From positions 41,540,001-41,604,000 of the forward strand of contig NW_026262745.1 of the NCBI RefSeq assembly GCF_021869535.1: a DNA stretch of 64,000 nucleotides, read 5' to 3'. This DNA comes from Mytilus californianus. Taxonomy: Eukaryota. Under the pieces are notes generated by a model that was not told the DNA's origin, made no database searches, and saw only the letters and a program-made list of their open reading frames with translations. The position numbers and the translations under genes are program-made. Of the stretch, positions 22,590 through 35,700 are shown piece after piece; the stretch's first letter is position 1; each line of letters begins with the position of its first letter.

Positions 22590-24419
22590 ATGAACATCAC
22601 GTGTGACTTCAACATTAGTTTAACACAGACAACAGCCTGCAACACTGGATTTAAAAAAAAAACAGATACAGAAATGTTGCCTTCAATAATAGCAAACACA
22701 GTACACTGTTCTTTTGAACCGTCTGTGACATCAGTCCGATATGTTTCAGCACATTTTACAGCTTACAGCAACAACAATGCAAGAAGAACGAACTTTAGGT
22801 ATTGATAATTCTGTATTAGGCCAGACAGTTAGGTATTTCTTAACAAAGACTTTGCCTTTGTGCTTGAATGTGAATTAAAAACAAGAAAAGATTTGTGTGC
22901 TGATATTTTCAGCGAAGATAAAGGTGATTGAGAACTATTCCATCAAAGGCAGTTTAACTGTCTAACGATAACAGACGTAGATAATGTCGATCCATCAGTG
23001 TACTGCAACTTGTGATATTTATGTCTTTATATTATGTAAATATCTGGAATATATTTTCACATTTTAAATACTGTATGCATACATTATTAGCCCATTGGAA
23101 AAATAATTTGGTTTCAATATTGCAAAATCATATGATGAAAAATTTCTTGAGGTACTCAGAGTGATGAATTTTGATTGGGGATTTGTAAAGAATGATCCTT
23201 TGCAGACTGTTTTTATAATAATTTAGTCACATGTAAAAGTAAGAAGTGGCATGCAATTCACAATAAAAATAAATCGAACAATTTCTTCCTTCCTGGGCTA
23301 TAACCGGTGTCAAAATCAAAAAGCGGATCTTTTTGCTTTATTCACAACCAATCTTTTATTTAAGAGAAATTATCGATGTTAATTTTGGACACCACTTGAA
23401 TAAACGCCAGTCTCATATGAAATTGTTGAAACTATCATTGAGCTGGTCCAAGGAACATAGTTTAAATGTGGAAGTAGAAAGCAGAATTTCATGTTTTTGT
23501 CTATTATCTTGAAAATTATAAACGATGGAAATACACTTTAAATGTCAAAAATGATCAGCAAGACAAGATCTATAAATTAGTTAAATTTTAAGTAGACTCT
23601 TTATGAGTGATTCCCCCTAAATATCAATTTGTCTACCCTTTTTGTGTGTTTTGGGCAAACATTAAAGAAGATAGAGAGAAACTGTAAACAGAAAAAAAGA
23701 TCAGCAAAAAAAAAGAGCAACAAAAAAGAGGTTTTCGTCATGAATTTTGTTTTGGTCCACAATGTTGGAGAGTGTCCATTTTTGAATATTCACATACACC
23801 TAAGTGAGCGACAAAGGCTCTTTAGAGCCTCTAGTTTATATATATATATAAGACTCATCAGTTGCGCTCGAATGAACGCAGTTTGAAGCCCATATCAATT
23901 ACGAATCTAAAGAGAATTGAAAACTAAAAGTTCAAACAGGTTGTTCTAAATTTGACCAAGGCAATCTATTAGTAGGGTGCCTAGTGTAAAAAATTCCTCT
24001 AGTTAACGAGTTTTAGTTAACGGAATAACACACGGCTAAGAAATTAGCAATTGAAAACACAAATAAAGTCAATATTTTGGCATTGATTAAACACGGATTA
24101 TCTCTTGCCATTAATAATTTTGTTGCTTACACTATTAGGTCATTAACAAGGACAGTGGTCACTAAATACATGTCTCATGTTTGCTTGTTGTATGGTTGAC
24201 TTATTTGTTTTGAATAGCCATCTAACTTTGTAGATTGTTATTTTCTTCGGAGGAATATGTTTTGTGTCTGTTTTTCAAGACTTTAAAATTTTTATTGAAT
24301 AGATAATTTTGTTATAATTGTAGTATTAGAATCAAAGCGGTCGGTTTCCTTTCACACGCGGAATATGGCGCATCAAATCTATTTTATGGTCTTGCAGGAT
24401 GTTTTCGACCTAAATATTA

Positions 24420-24884
24420 GGTGTAATACCACCATTGATTTTCCCCTATTAGTCTTTGTTAAATTTACACTTTTCAAAAAATTGTGCAGAATTTATCTTT
24501 GTTTCAAATAAAGAAATACTTGGCATGAGTAAAGTTTTATCCTGTCCAGTACTATAGAAAAAAATTCACATAACATTTCATTGCATATAAGAAAATAACC
24601 ATCACTGGAAGTTAACCAATCAAATTTTCCCCCTTTCTTAACCTGTGTACAAGCTTTAGTAACCATGTAACCTCAAGTTTCCAAAATATTCTATAGAAAC
24701 CCCAAATAAAAAAATAATGGTGCTTTGAAATACCCAAGATATATGTTTATGACCCAGAAATGTTTTACTGCAATGAAATGTAGGATCAATTACCTACAAC
24801 TGTCAAATTCAAGGGAATATTTTTTTTCGACCTATTTTCGTATGCAACCGGATGTGACATACTATGATTTGGTGGTATTACACC
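24420..24884. mobile_element. MITE, 465 bp, TA (or TWA) target site
   Basis: Perfect TIRs GGTGTAATACCACCA / TGGTGGTATTACACC flanked by TA. Confidence 0.8.
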
Positions 24885-25149
24885 TAAACTCCCCTCGCTG
24901 GAACGACAACAAAAATGTACCACCGTTCGTGCTATACATTATACACCAGTAGAAACAACTGCAGTAATTTCAAAGCTGAATTTTTCCGAGCAAACCACTG
25001 AAGCCAATGACTATATGTGCCAAGCATACATGTTCGATCTATCTACCATATTTCAAATTGGAATGGTTGGTTTTTTTTCTGTGAAAATAATACAATTAAA
25101 AAAAGATCGGTAGTTTAAAATTATATGATCAGCTATAAAAGGCCTCGAC

Positions 25150-26438
25150 AAGACAAATTGTGAAACAATCCAAACGAAAAAACTAACGGTCTTATTTATG
25201 ACAACAACTAAAAACAGATACAACAGACAGCGACCAACATCAACCACTGAATTGCAGGCTCCTGATTTTGAACAGACGCATACAGAATTTGGCAGGGTTA
25301 AACATGTGTGTGATCCTTCGACCCTCCCCTCACCTGTACAATGGTATAACATCACAACATATGAACAGTCAATTTCATGTCAGCACAGAATAGCAAGTCA
25401 TTTGAGTGTCTAGCAAACATGTACAAACAAAATTAGAGGCCACGTTTTTAATTATATTTACATTATTTTTTATTTTAATATACAAATTGAAGTTACATAA
25501 CTCCCCTCAGGCTTCCGTTAGATTTAAATGTCACGTTTTAGATGGTTATGTAATACTACTAATTTTCTCTCTCATAGCTGACTGGTAATCCAATAAGGTA
25601 TCAGTTCACGTTAAGCACATGCAGATTTTGTATACCTAATTTTGACATTAAGTTATAATTTGTATCTTCACTTTTAGATTTTATTGAGATCTTATAATGA
25701 TCGGAATATTGTTAAATGTAATGGAAAGGAGGAACGCGGAGACAAATTGTGAAACAATCCAAACGAAAAAACTGACGGTCAATTATGACAAAAAAAAAAA
25801 AACAGATACAACAGACAGCGACCAACGACAACCACTGAATTGTAGGCTCCTGATTTTGAACAGACACATACATAATTTGGCGGGGTTAAACATATTTGTG
25901 ATCCTTCGACCCTCCCCTTACCTAAACAATGGTATAACAACACTACATAACTTGTCAATGAGAACAATCACGTTGGAAATGTTGCAAAAAACAGTTGAAC
26001 ATGGCTTGACTCATCAAATCGGCATGAAGCACAAAAACAACTAACATGAAGACAAAAGACACAAAGTACCGAAAATAATTTTCACTTTTGAATTGTTCGA
26101 ATTTATTTTTGCTATAAACGCATTTATGTAGGGGCGGCAAACTGTCTAAATGTGACTGCGTTTTCCTTGAAATTTTAGCTATGACCGTTGACGCAAATTT
26201 AAAAACATCGTGACCACTTTAGACAACGACGACATCAATATTTCAATGAGGCTTGTTCTTTTCTTTCCAATGATATAAAATACAACCGTGTGTTATTCCG
26301 TTAACCCAAATCGATCAAATTCGTTGAATGGGCACCATACTTTATGTTTGGGGTACAAAAACTTTAGTTTTCGAACGATTTCAACACTTTATGAACAGTT
26401 AATTTCATGTCAGCACAGAATAGCAAGTTATTTGAGTG
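25150..26438. repeat. Local duplication of an interspersed-repeat segment (25150-25409 and 25741-26438, the second with a ~440-bp insert)
   Basis: Colinear match gacaaattgtgaaacaatcc...gcacagaatagcaagt.atttgagtg. Confidence 0.75.
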
Positions 26439-26479
26439 TAAGCAGTTAAGAGCAGGCAGCTCAGTTGTACTATTCCGCT

Positions 26480-28897
26480 TTAAGTATATATATATCTAGT
26501 CTGACTGTCCTTCTGTCTCGATATAATCTGGTTTTGTCCGTCATCATTCTGTCTCGACCTTGATATATTTTGTCTTGAAGCCTGTCCGTCACTCAGTCTT
26601 GAAGTAATTCTCCTTGTTGTGCTGTCATTCTGTCTAGATGAGTCTTGTCTGAATGTCTGTCTTGAAGTAAAGCTGTCTTGTCTGCTGTCTCTATTGCTTG
26701 ACCTAGACCTGTCTCGTCTGCTGTCCCTATGGCTTGATCTCGACCTGTCTCGTCTGCTGTCCCTAGGGCTTGACCTTGACCTGTCTCGTCTGTTGTCCCT
26801 ATGGCTTGATCTTGACCTGTCTCGTCTGCTGTCGTTATGGATTGACCTCGACCTGCTGGGTCTGCTGTCCCTTTGGCTTGACCTTGACCTGTCTTGTCTG
26901 CTGTCCATACGTATACGGCTTGACCATGACCTGTCTTGTCTACTGTCCTTAGGGCTTGACCTTGGCCTGTCTCGTCTGCTGTCCCTACGGCTTGACCTTG
27001 ACCCTACCTCGTCTGCTGTCCCTTTGTCTTGACCTTTCCGTACTAAAATTCTGACTGCAGCTCATTGAAGAAAAGCGGTTTTGTCTACTGTCAATGGCTC
27101 TTGACGATGATCTGTCTCGTCCATTGTCAGTCAATCTTGACGATTATCTGTCTCGTTATGTCAGTCTGTCTTGACGGTGATCTGTCTCGTCCATTGTCAG
27201 TCTGTCTTAACGGTGATCTGTCCCGTCTATTGTCGGTCTGTCTTGACCTTGACCGATATTGTCTGCTGTCACTCTGTCTTTCATGTCTAGATCCTGCTGT
27301 GTCCCTCGGACTAGAAACCAATCTGTCTCCTTTGTCACTATCTCTAGACCTTGACTGTGATCTTGTATGCAGGTTTTCTGGTATCCTTACAACTGGCACT
27401 TTCTTAGGTGGTTGTGGCATAGGGGTATCATCTTAAATGAGAAGTATTAAGTCATTGCTAAATGTAATATAATATCATACCAGTAGCATATTCACATATT
27501 GATTCAATGAAAATAAAGTTTTTGTTTATACAAATTAATATTGTTAATTACTACAAATTGTTGAAATTTATTTGAATCAGATAATGTTTATTTTATACCT
27601 TTCTGACTGCTTGAACTGTCAACACAGGCATTCTGTGATTGAGTTGTAACTGGACTACTGGAACCACTTTCATTTTCAGATTCTTTGGACATGTCTTAAA
27701 ATAGAAGAATGTATATTCTAAACTTTAAATTAAATATCACGTATTTTAGCATGTTTAATAAACAAGTTCTTTTCAATTATATTTGTTATAAGTTATACAT
27801 TTAGTATAAACTGAATTGTCTCTGCTTAATAGCTGATTCTAGTTCACATATAAGTAATGAAAAAAATCATATTTTAATCTTGCATGAACAGTAATTTTCC
27901 CAGAAATTTATATAGGGTGTTGTCCAATGTTATTTATTTTAGTCTCATCCTTTAACATTTGAAATTCACAATTACTCTATCCAAATTACAAGACGACAGT
28001 CAATCCTTTAAAATAATTTTTGGGTAACACTGATCTAACTGTTAGTAAAAAAAGTTTTTTTTTACCTGCCACAAAATCTTTAATTTGTAGCACCTTTTGG
28101 TCTGTTTTTTTTTACAGGTTCAATTTTTTCATTCTCATCTTCATTGCAGGTTTTTGCTGCTGATGTAAAATCATACGACTCACATTCATCTTTACTTGCT
28201 GAAAAATAATTATAAAGTATTAACATGTGTAGAGATAATAACTTAACAATATCACAGTACATTCCCTCTAGATTAGTTATGTACATGCAAGTTGTTTAGA
28301 CACCAATATTTACAGTAATATTTATACTTTCTATCCGGCAATGTACAATGCTTACTGAAGTTGTATATTTCTTTCAGGTTAAAAGATCTACATTTGTAAA
28401 TATAAGACAAAAATATGTATTTTATTTCTGAGATCTGCAAATATAAGAATTGAATGCTATTTTTTATGTATATGAAATAAATGTAAAAGTAAAGATCACA
28501 TGTTTAGCAAGGAGCACAGAACTAGAAATCCAATATAATATATATTTCCTGGTAGTTAATAAAAAATAAATATAGCAATATATTCAACAAATCATATCAA
28601 GAGATATACTAGCTGTTCGATTGAGTTTATTTCTGGCAAACGAACATGTAAAGAAAATTTTCAATATGAAGATACATCGATGTTTGTAATACATACAAGA
28701 TTTACACTTAACTTTGATCATCTCAAAACTTCTCCAGCCATTTGTTGGTTTTGCCAACAACTTCATGTACTTTTCTGCCTGCACTCCTGGGAGCCATCTC
28801 AATACACTGTCTTGAACCCAGCTGTGTGGTACTACATCTTCCACCTCTTTTGCCCTTCTTTCCACACTGCCATACACCACATCCTTTGAATATTCAT
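26480..28897 (-). pseudogene. CMC-EnSpm second gene (DUF4806-associated type N-terminus) with an RS-rich repeat region, four exons
   Basis: Exons 28897-28697, 28198-28066, 27694-27599 and 27431-26480, all phase-1 GT-AG joins; N-terminus MNIQRMWCMAVWKEGQ/KEVEDVVPHSWV...W...P..GWRSF; frameshifts in A-runs. Confidence 0.7.
26680..27270 (-). repeat. Coding 36-bp (12-aa, RRDRSRSSHRDS) tandem repeat plus degenerate 33-bp units
   Basis: Plus-strand unit ttgaccttgacctgtctcgtctgctgtccctatggc. Confidence 0.88.
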
Positions 28898-29869
28898 ATT
28901 TTTGGTAAGAGACACAGAAACAGTTTGCATACAATATCCTAATCATTTACATCATGTACACGTATACATACATTAGATTCCTAGATCTAAACAAACAGAC
29001 AATCTGGGACCAGTTGTTCAAAAGTGTTGTTATACTAACGACTAGTTAAAGTTTAGGATTGTAGTTATGTAATTACTGCGTTAATTGTGTTGTCCATCAA
29101 AAATTTAAATTAAAAGTTTTGGATTAATTAAGAGTTTCTGAGAGTCAAAGGCAGACAAACAATGTGCCATCTCAGCCAACTCTATATCTTCCTATAATTT
29201 CCCCATTTGACCAATTCAAAGTATATATATTTTGTTAAAATTAACAACACTTTAAATTTTGAACAACCGGACCCCGAATATTTTAAAATTTGTTAAATCT
29301 TTATAACATGCTCTAGCAAACTACTTGTGAGCTCATCATGCACACTTATTATGGATGTTTGGCCATAAAAAAATGTAGACAACTTTTAATAGATATAAGA
29401 AGATGGGGTATGAGTGCCAATGAGACAACTCTCCATCCAAGTCAAAATTTATAAAAGTAAACCATTATAGGTCAAAGTACGGTCTTCAACACGGAGCCTT
29501 GGCTCACACCGAACAGCAAGCTATAAAGGGCCCCAAAAATTACTAGTGTAAAACCATTAAAACTGGAAAAACCAACGGTCTAATCTATATAAAAAACGAG
29601 AAACACTTATGATCCACATCAACAAACGACAACTACTGAACATCAGATTCCTGACTTAGGACAGGTGCAAACAAATGCAGCGGGTTTAAACGTTTTAATG
29701 GTACCAAACCTTCACCCTTTTTCTGAAACAGATGTGTAACATCACAACATAGAAAGACACACTATAAAATATCAACTGAAATTGAAAAGAATTTTTGTTT
29801 TACATTACTTTTCCAAAATTTATTAATTAAGGACCCCTGATTAGAAGTATCGTAAGAGATATCAGTACC

Positions 29870-32800
29870 TTATATGTTGTTTCTCTCAAGTCCATGCAAC
29901 ATTGGAATGATGACCCTTCTTTTATCAACAGGGAGTGCAACATACTTTTTATAAATTTCGCCCTTTTCAATCAGCTTCCTTGACATATGACAATTGTTTG
30001 GCACAAATACAATATTTACTAGCTTGGAATTGCATGGCTCTGTGAAAAAATTCTGTGCTCTGTCGGGGTGCAAAATGTCACATAAAAGTGTATTATTTTC
30101 TCTCTGTTCCTTGATGAATGCAAACGATTCATTTTTTAACAGGAAACAATTGTTTTTAGGTTTAGTTGAAATGTACCTGTATGTGAAGGTTGGATTGATT
30201 TTAACACCTGCTCGTTCTTTTTCAGCTAGTCTGTTTGTAACCTGTGCAACACGGCCTAGCCACATTCAGATGTACATTTCATATTAGGTCTACGTTATAG
30301 GCTTCTATAGACAAGAAGATGAACTTAATTTAAGTATTACATCTTAGAACTGAAGAAGAGAATATAGGGCTTCACAATGCATATCAAATATCATGTATAT
30401 GTGTGACCGTTTTGAAAAAAAAAACTAAAATACACGCTAAAAATGGGCAAAATTTCACGTTATGTTGTTTCCTTTAAAATTACACTGTTTTTATCAATTG
30501 ATAGTTAAGTGAACCTTATTTGAACTACATTATTGGTTCACTGTTATAGACAATTTATTCATCTTTCTTTTGCCAGTTGTTGTAACAAAAAATCTTCAGT
30601 GGTTACAAAGTTATGATAAAAAGTGGAATACTATGCGTTCGTTAGGCAATTTTGTATTTTTGTTTTTGCCTTGTACAATGTAGTGATAAAAGAGAAAAAT
30701 AAATGAAATTTATGCTATTATGTGTTTTGTTTTCTCTTCTTGTATATAAATTATCAACACCTACCTCATATATCAATATTGCAGTAACCTAGCTGGAGAG
30801 GTATGCCATCAAAGTTGGATAAACAAATAAAGTGAAAAAATGTCATGTCCGTAGACATGCATTTCCTAGTAAACTGGAAGTGTAATAACATTAATGTTCC
30901 ATTGCTAAGTTCCTGCTCTTTTGTAGATATGAAAACACTAGAAACATTTTTTCTACCATCTATTAATAGAGGAAGAATTGGAAAAAAATGTCAGAATGTC
31001 TTGTCCGTAGACACATGTCTTGTCCGTAGACATGGCTTTATATCAACATTGCTTGGTTTTATGGATCTAAATTGTTCCTATGTGTTGTTTAAACTTAGAA
31101 ATATATTATTTAAGAAATAAGTCATGAAAGCCATAAATTTGTTGGAAATTTACACATGGCCTGGGCCGTGATATTCGAATTTTATCTTGTGCGTTAGAAT
31201 TTTTTCGATTCTAATAGGACAAATACGGTCATTAAAAACTGAAGCGAGGGTGGGTATGCCGTGTGTGTGGCTGTTCTTTTTTACTCCCTGTTAGATAAAG
31301 CTAAAACATTCTAATATATCTGTAGCTTGCATGAATTATTTTGTAAACAACCGCTAGAAAAAATGTGCTTAATTCTTTTAATTCTCAAACCCAACATTTG
31401 CCATTTTTAATTTACATGTTTTTCTCGTAAGCTACCGTCAAATCCAAAGTTGACATTTCGTAGCTAAGGAGCCGCCATGTTGACTTGCTGAAATAAGTAA
31501 ATATGCGAATAATGCAATAAAATAGAAAATAAAACAACATTTACCTCAAAAATCCATTTTAATGTAATAGTATACTAATTTCGATGGTTCACGTAACGGA
31601 AAAACCTTCAGCTTTAGCGTTTTCATTTGTATGACGTCATATTTTGAAATGACTTGAATGCGCCAAAAGCAATAATGGACTTTCACGGAATTTTTTTTTT
31701 TTTTTTTTTGATTTTGTAGATGTCTCCGAGATCTTGTGCATTAATTCTTTTTGTTATGCATCCGAATAAGTATAAAAGTTCTGTAGTCTTTTTTCAATTG
31801 CAATTTTTAAAACAATAAAATCGGCATAGCGTTTGTAAATAGGTTCCAATACATGTGGAATTACGAAGGAGGTATATTGTAACATCCATTATTATGTATA
31901 TTTCTATATAGATATATCGAGAATTTTATCACGGTGCTGTTTACAAAGCGAAAGAAGCAATTACTTTACATGAGTGGGTTTTAAAAAGTGGCAAATTGTC
32001 AGTAATAAAACACATATCGTATTTTACTTCAATATTTTTATTCCAGTTGCTGCATAACTTAAAAGGTTAACTTAATCAAATGAAGAAATAGTATTTCTCT
32101 CTCTCTGACTTTATCTTTTGCATTTCAGGATTACCAGCAGATGAGGATGTGTCTACGGACAAGTCACTTGTACATAACAAGTATTAAACTCAATTATTTG
32201 TCTGCTTTGGAACTTAAATCTTATTTATAGGTGATGAAAGTTCTTTGTACAAATTAAAACTCAGTATTTTCAACATAAATATAATCACAATTATTTCTTT
32301 AGATTATATAGATTTGTCTTGTTCGTAGACATTACCACAATGTATTTGTTTCCAATTTCCTCGAGTTCAGCCTCATTTGATAGATAAAATGTATGTTATT
32401 TTTTCAAGAGAACATATTCCACTATGTAAAAATTGAGTTTTGATAATAGTTTAATTGTTAAACTGTCAGAATTATGGATTTCAGTTGAAAGAATGTGTCT
32501 TCATTTTTGCTTAATCAATAAAATTTTGAGATATGTAAAAGAATCATGGGTACATTTTTGTATTTTCCAAAAATTAAAAAACACAGCTTAAAATTTAATG
32601 GGTGACTTTTAATCTTAACTCTAACAATTATTTTTTTAATGCATTTAATTAAATATCAATAAAATATCTTGTCCGTAGACATTATCACAATGTATTTGTT
32701 TCCAATTTCCTCGAGGTTCAGTAGCATTTGATAGATAAAATGTATGTTATTTTTTCAAGAGAACACATTCAACTATGTCAAAAATAAAAGTTTGATTGTT

Positions 32801-34935
32801 AAACATTGTTAAACAGTCAGATTTATGGATTTCAGTTGAAATATCAATAAAATGTCTTGTCCGTAGACAAAATATATAAATTGTATTGCTAAGTTTGATT
32901 GTTTATTGTAAGAAGATGCATCAAGTTATTATAATGTTCTATACACCAAAAGAAAGGGTTTTTTTAAGTTATGTTATTTATAGGTTAGTTTAGATATAGT
33001 TTGATCAGATCAGAGTAAAGATCAAAGAAAGCTACTGTTGTTTGAAATAATTGTGAGTTAAACATGTTCTTGTCATTTTTTTTTTCGATTAAAATGTTTT
33101 TTATTCAATAATTCTAAACATATTTTGTTGTCTTTGTCATTGGCCAAAAAATCTGAGACTAGTTACCATGTCTTGAAGGCAACCATTAAAGAAAATTAGA
33201 CAGTTTTTAAACACCTGGTATTAAATAAAAATATTGAATATTTCTTCCAAAAACTGTATGTAATTATATAAATGCTTCAAGTGTTAGCGTTATGACGGCC
33301 ATTTTTCATAATTTAAACCATTTCTGTACCAAAATATCAAAAGAGTATTTTTCCTGATGTGATCTTCATTTTTGACTTCATGTGAAACACAAAATGTACA
33401 TCTGAGTCAAGGCTCCGTGTTGAAGACCGTACTTTGACATATATAATGGTTTACTTTTATAAATTGTGACTTGGATGGAGAGTTGTCTTATTTGCACTCA
33501 TACTACATTTTCTTATATCTATCTGATTGTGGCAAGGCCGAACAGGGTTTTTTGCCTCTTGATGGATTGCAGATGGTTTTCATAGGGAAAAGCAGAAATA
33601 TTTCATTCATTGAACAGTCGAAATGTTTGACATCATCTGTGAGATGGAGTAAGTTATGTACATTGTACACAATTAATTGTTCACCAAAATGTTTTTTTTG
33701 ATTTAATCACAAAAAAGGACAACAAACTTGACGCATGGTCTAAGTAAGAAGCTCTTTCATGAGAATCTTATTCGAGCAAAATCGAAATTACAATAGCCAA
33801 AGTCAGAAAATGAATAGATCGCTCCTTGGGCAATATTCTTTGCAACACAATAGGTCCGGTGTACAATAGAAATTGCCTGTACTCTGTTGCTTTCCATCTT
33901 TCCAGCTCTGCTAAGGAACGTGGTTGTCGCGCAAATTCTGAAGGCAATTTACCACAGTAAGATACTAACTTATTGGAAAGTTCGCCAAGTTGTATATGTA
34001 AAAGTTTGCACACAGTTGGACCTTGCTTCAAAAACCACAGGATCCTTTTCACAATCCCAAGGCACACACAATGCATATAATCTAAGACAAATGATGATAT
34101 GCATGGATTGCCGTACCGAACAAGTGGTGTTTCACTCATCTGATGGTTGACATAAGTTCTCGCTGTGAATATTTTATCAGTTCTTTTTTCGTGTAATTCA
34201 GAAGAGTATATTATTACACGATTGTTCTCCCAATATCCCTTAATCACACACCTATCACATGAAAAATACCCAGTGTGACCTTTAACTTGTTTCAAAAATG
34301 CCCTGGCTGGCGCATCACATATAAATGCTCTCATTTCTACATGAAATGTTTTGTCTTCAAAACTTACTCCTTGTCTAATTATTTCCTCAAGTTCAGACAA
34401 AAAATCGTCAAGAAACTCATGTAATGAACTTGGTTTACAAGCTTATTATAATGGGGGAAATTTTTCAAAACTACATAATATCGGCCAGAATTGCTTTCCT
34501 GATGATTTGAACAAAGGTACACTATCAATACTATATTTAAATAGATGTTTTGCAGATTATTTAAAGTACATGGAGACAAGCCATCCAGGATCTTAACTAG
34601 TCCATTTTTTATTCCATAATAAATAGACTGTCCTCCACATTTTTCTTCAGAATTTACAGTTTTAGGGGTCTGTAATAATGTTCGAGCATCTTTTGAAAAT
34701 TGAAGACCCTCACGTTTTAAGACTATGAGCAGTTCATCTAAACAAGATCTTGTCAACTTATTTTTTGTTGACCAATCAACTATTTTTTCCTTCAATGACA
34801 AACATGGCTCTTCGTTATCAGATGAAACATGGCCAATGTCTTGCTCTGAAACTGACGTGTCAACCTCTTCCACGAATCCAAAGTCTGATTCGCCACTTGA
34901 ATCATTTAAAGTTGAATTCCCATCAGTGCCATGCT
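29870..34935 (-). pseudogene. CMC-EnSpm (CACTA-like) transposase, split by a 3.3-kb insertion
   Basis: KDARTLLQTP, FICDAPARAFLK..KGHTGYFSCDRC, LDYMHCVCLG, LPSEFARQPRSL...WKATEYRQFLLY, YNVHNLLHL, NCFLL, FFTEPC.S and IPMLH motifs. Confidence 0.9.
30252..33540. mobile_element. Non-autonomous TIR DNA transposon, 4-bp TSD (AACA), superfamily uncertain
   Basis: TIRs CGGCCT(A/T)GCCACA(T/A)TCAGAT; AACA at 30248-30251 and 33541-33544; removal restores KNPVAQVTNRLAE. Confidence 0.88.
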
Positions 34936-35007
34936 AATTTGCTTCTATCCTATCGCATTTAAATACATGTATCTGTTAACTATCATCTGTTAACTGACTC
35001 AATCAAT

Positions 35008-35700
35008 ACAAGCAGGAGATCGCACAATCTGCTCACTCTGAAAGTACAAATCCCATTAGAAAAGTGGATCATATATCATGTATATTTTAGAAAATTTGTA
35101 TGGGTTCCACTGAACCCAGTGGCTCGCCTACTTTTGCTGTTAGTCGCAGGCTCAGCAAAAATGGGGAAAAAAATATTAAAAGTTTTCCTATAGATACTAT
35201 CTTTTGATTGTAAGAAGCTTCTGTTCAAGTTTGGTAAAAATCCATGATGGTTTATGAATCTAAAAAATGTTTTAAAAACTTTAAGTGCAGACTGTATGTA
35301 ATGTTAACTGGATGAAAAACTAAGTCCATTTATAAGTAATATACGGAAAGGCAGGAAATAAGTTTTTACAAAATTTCCTTCTAGATATTTTTAGAAAATT
35401 ATTAAAATTTGAAAAACTTTAACCACAGAGTAAATGTAATGTTAACTGGTAGAAAAACTAAGTCAATTTATGAGTAAAATACGGATAAACAGGATTTTTT
35501 TTTACAAAATTTACTTTTGGATTCTATCTTATTATCATAAAAAATTGTGTCCAAGTTTGGTAGAAATCCAGGATAGTTTAAGAAAGTTATTAAAATTTCA
35601 AAAACTTTAACCACAGAGTGAATATTTGTGGACGCCGCCGTCGGAATGTAGGATCGCTATGTCTCGTTTTTGCGACAAAAGTCGCAGGCTCGACAAAAAC
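35008..35700 (+). mobile_element. Non-autonomous interspersed repeat (Helentron/HINE-like)
   Basis: ACAAG start, internal duplication, 3' hairpin tgcgac-aaaa-gtcgca (35671-35686) followed by caaaaa. Confidence 0.45.

Noticed and set aside
25381-26438. CACTCAAA (minus strand) as the CACTA terminus of the EnSpm element
   Set aside because: It occurs twice in the same orientation as part of a local duplication, faces the wrong way, and I found no partner TIR
26619-27436. Plus-strand Leu/Asp/Ser-rich ORFs
   Set aside because: Antisense shadows of the RS-repeat exon; splice sites and flanking exons support the minus strand
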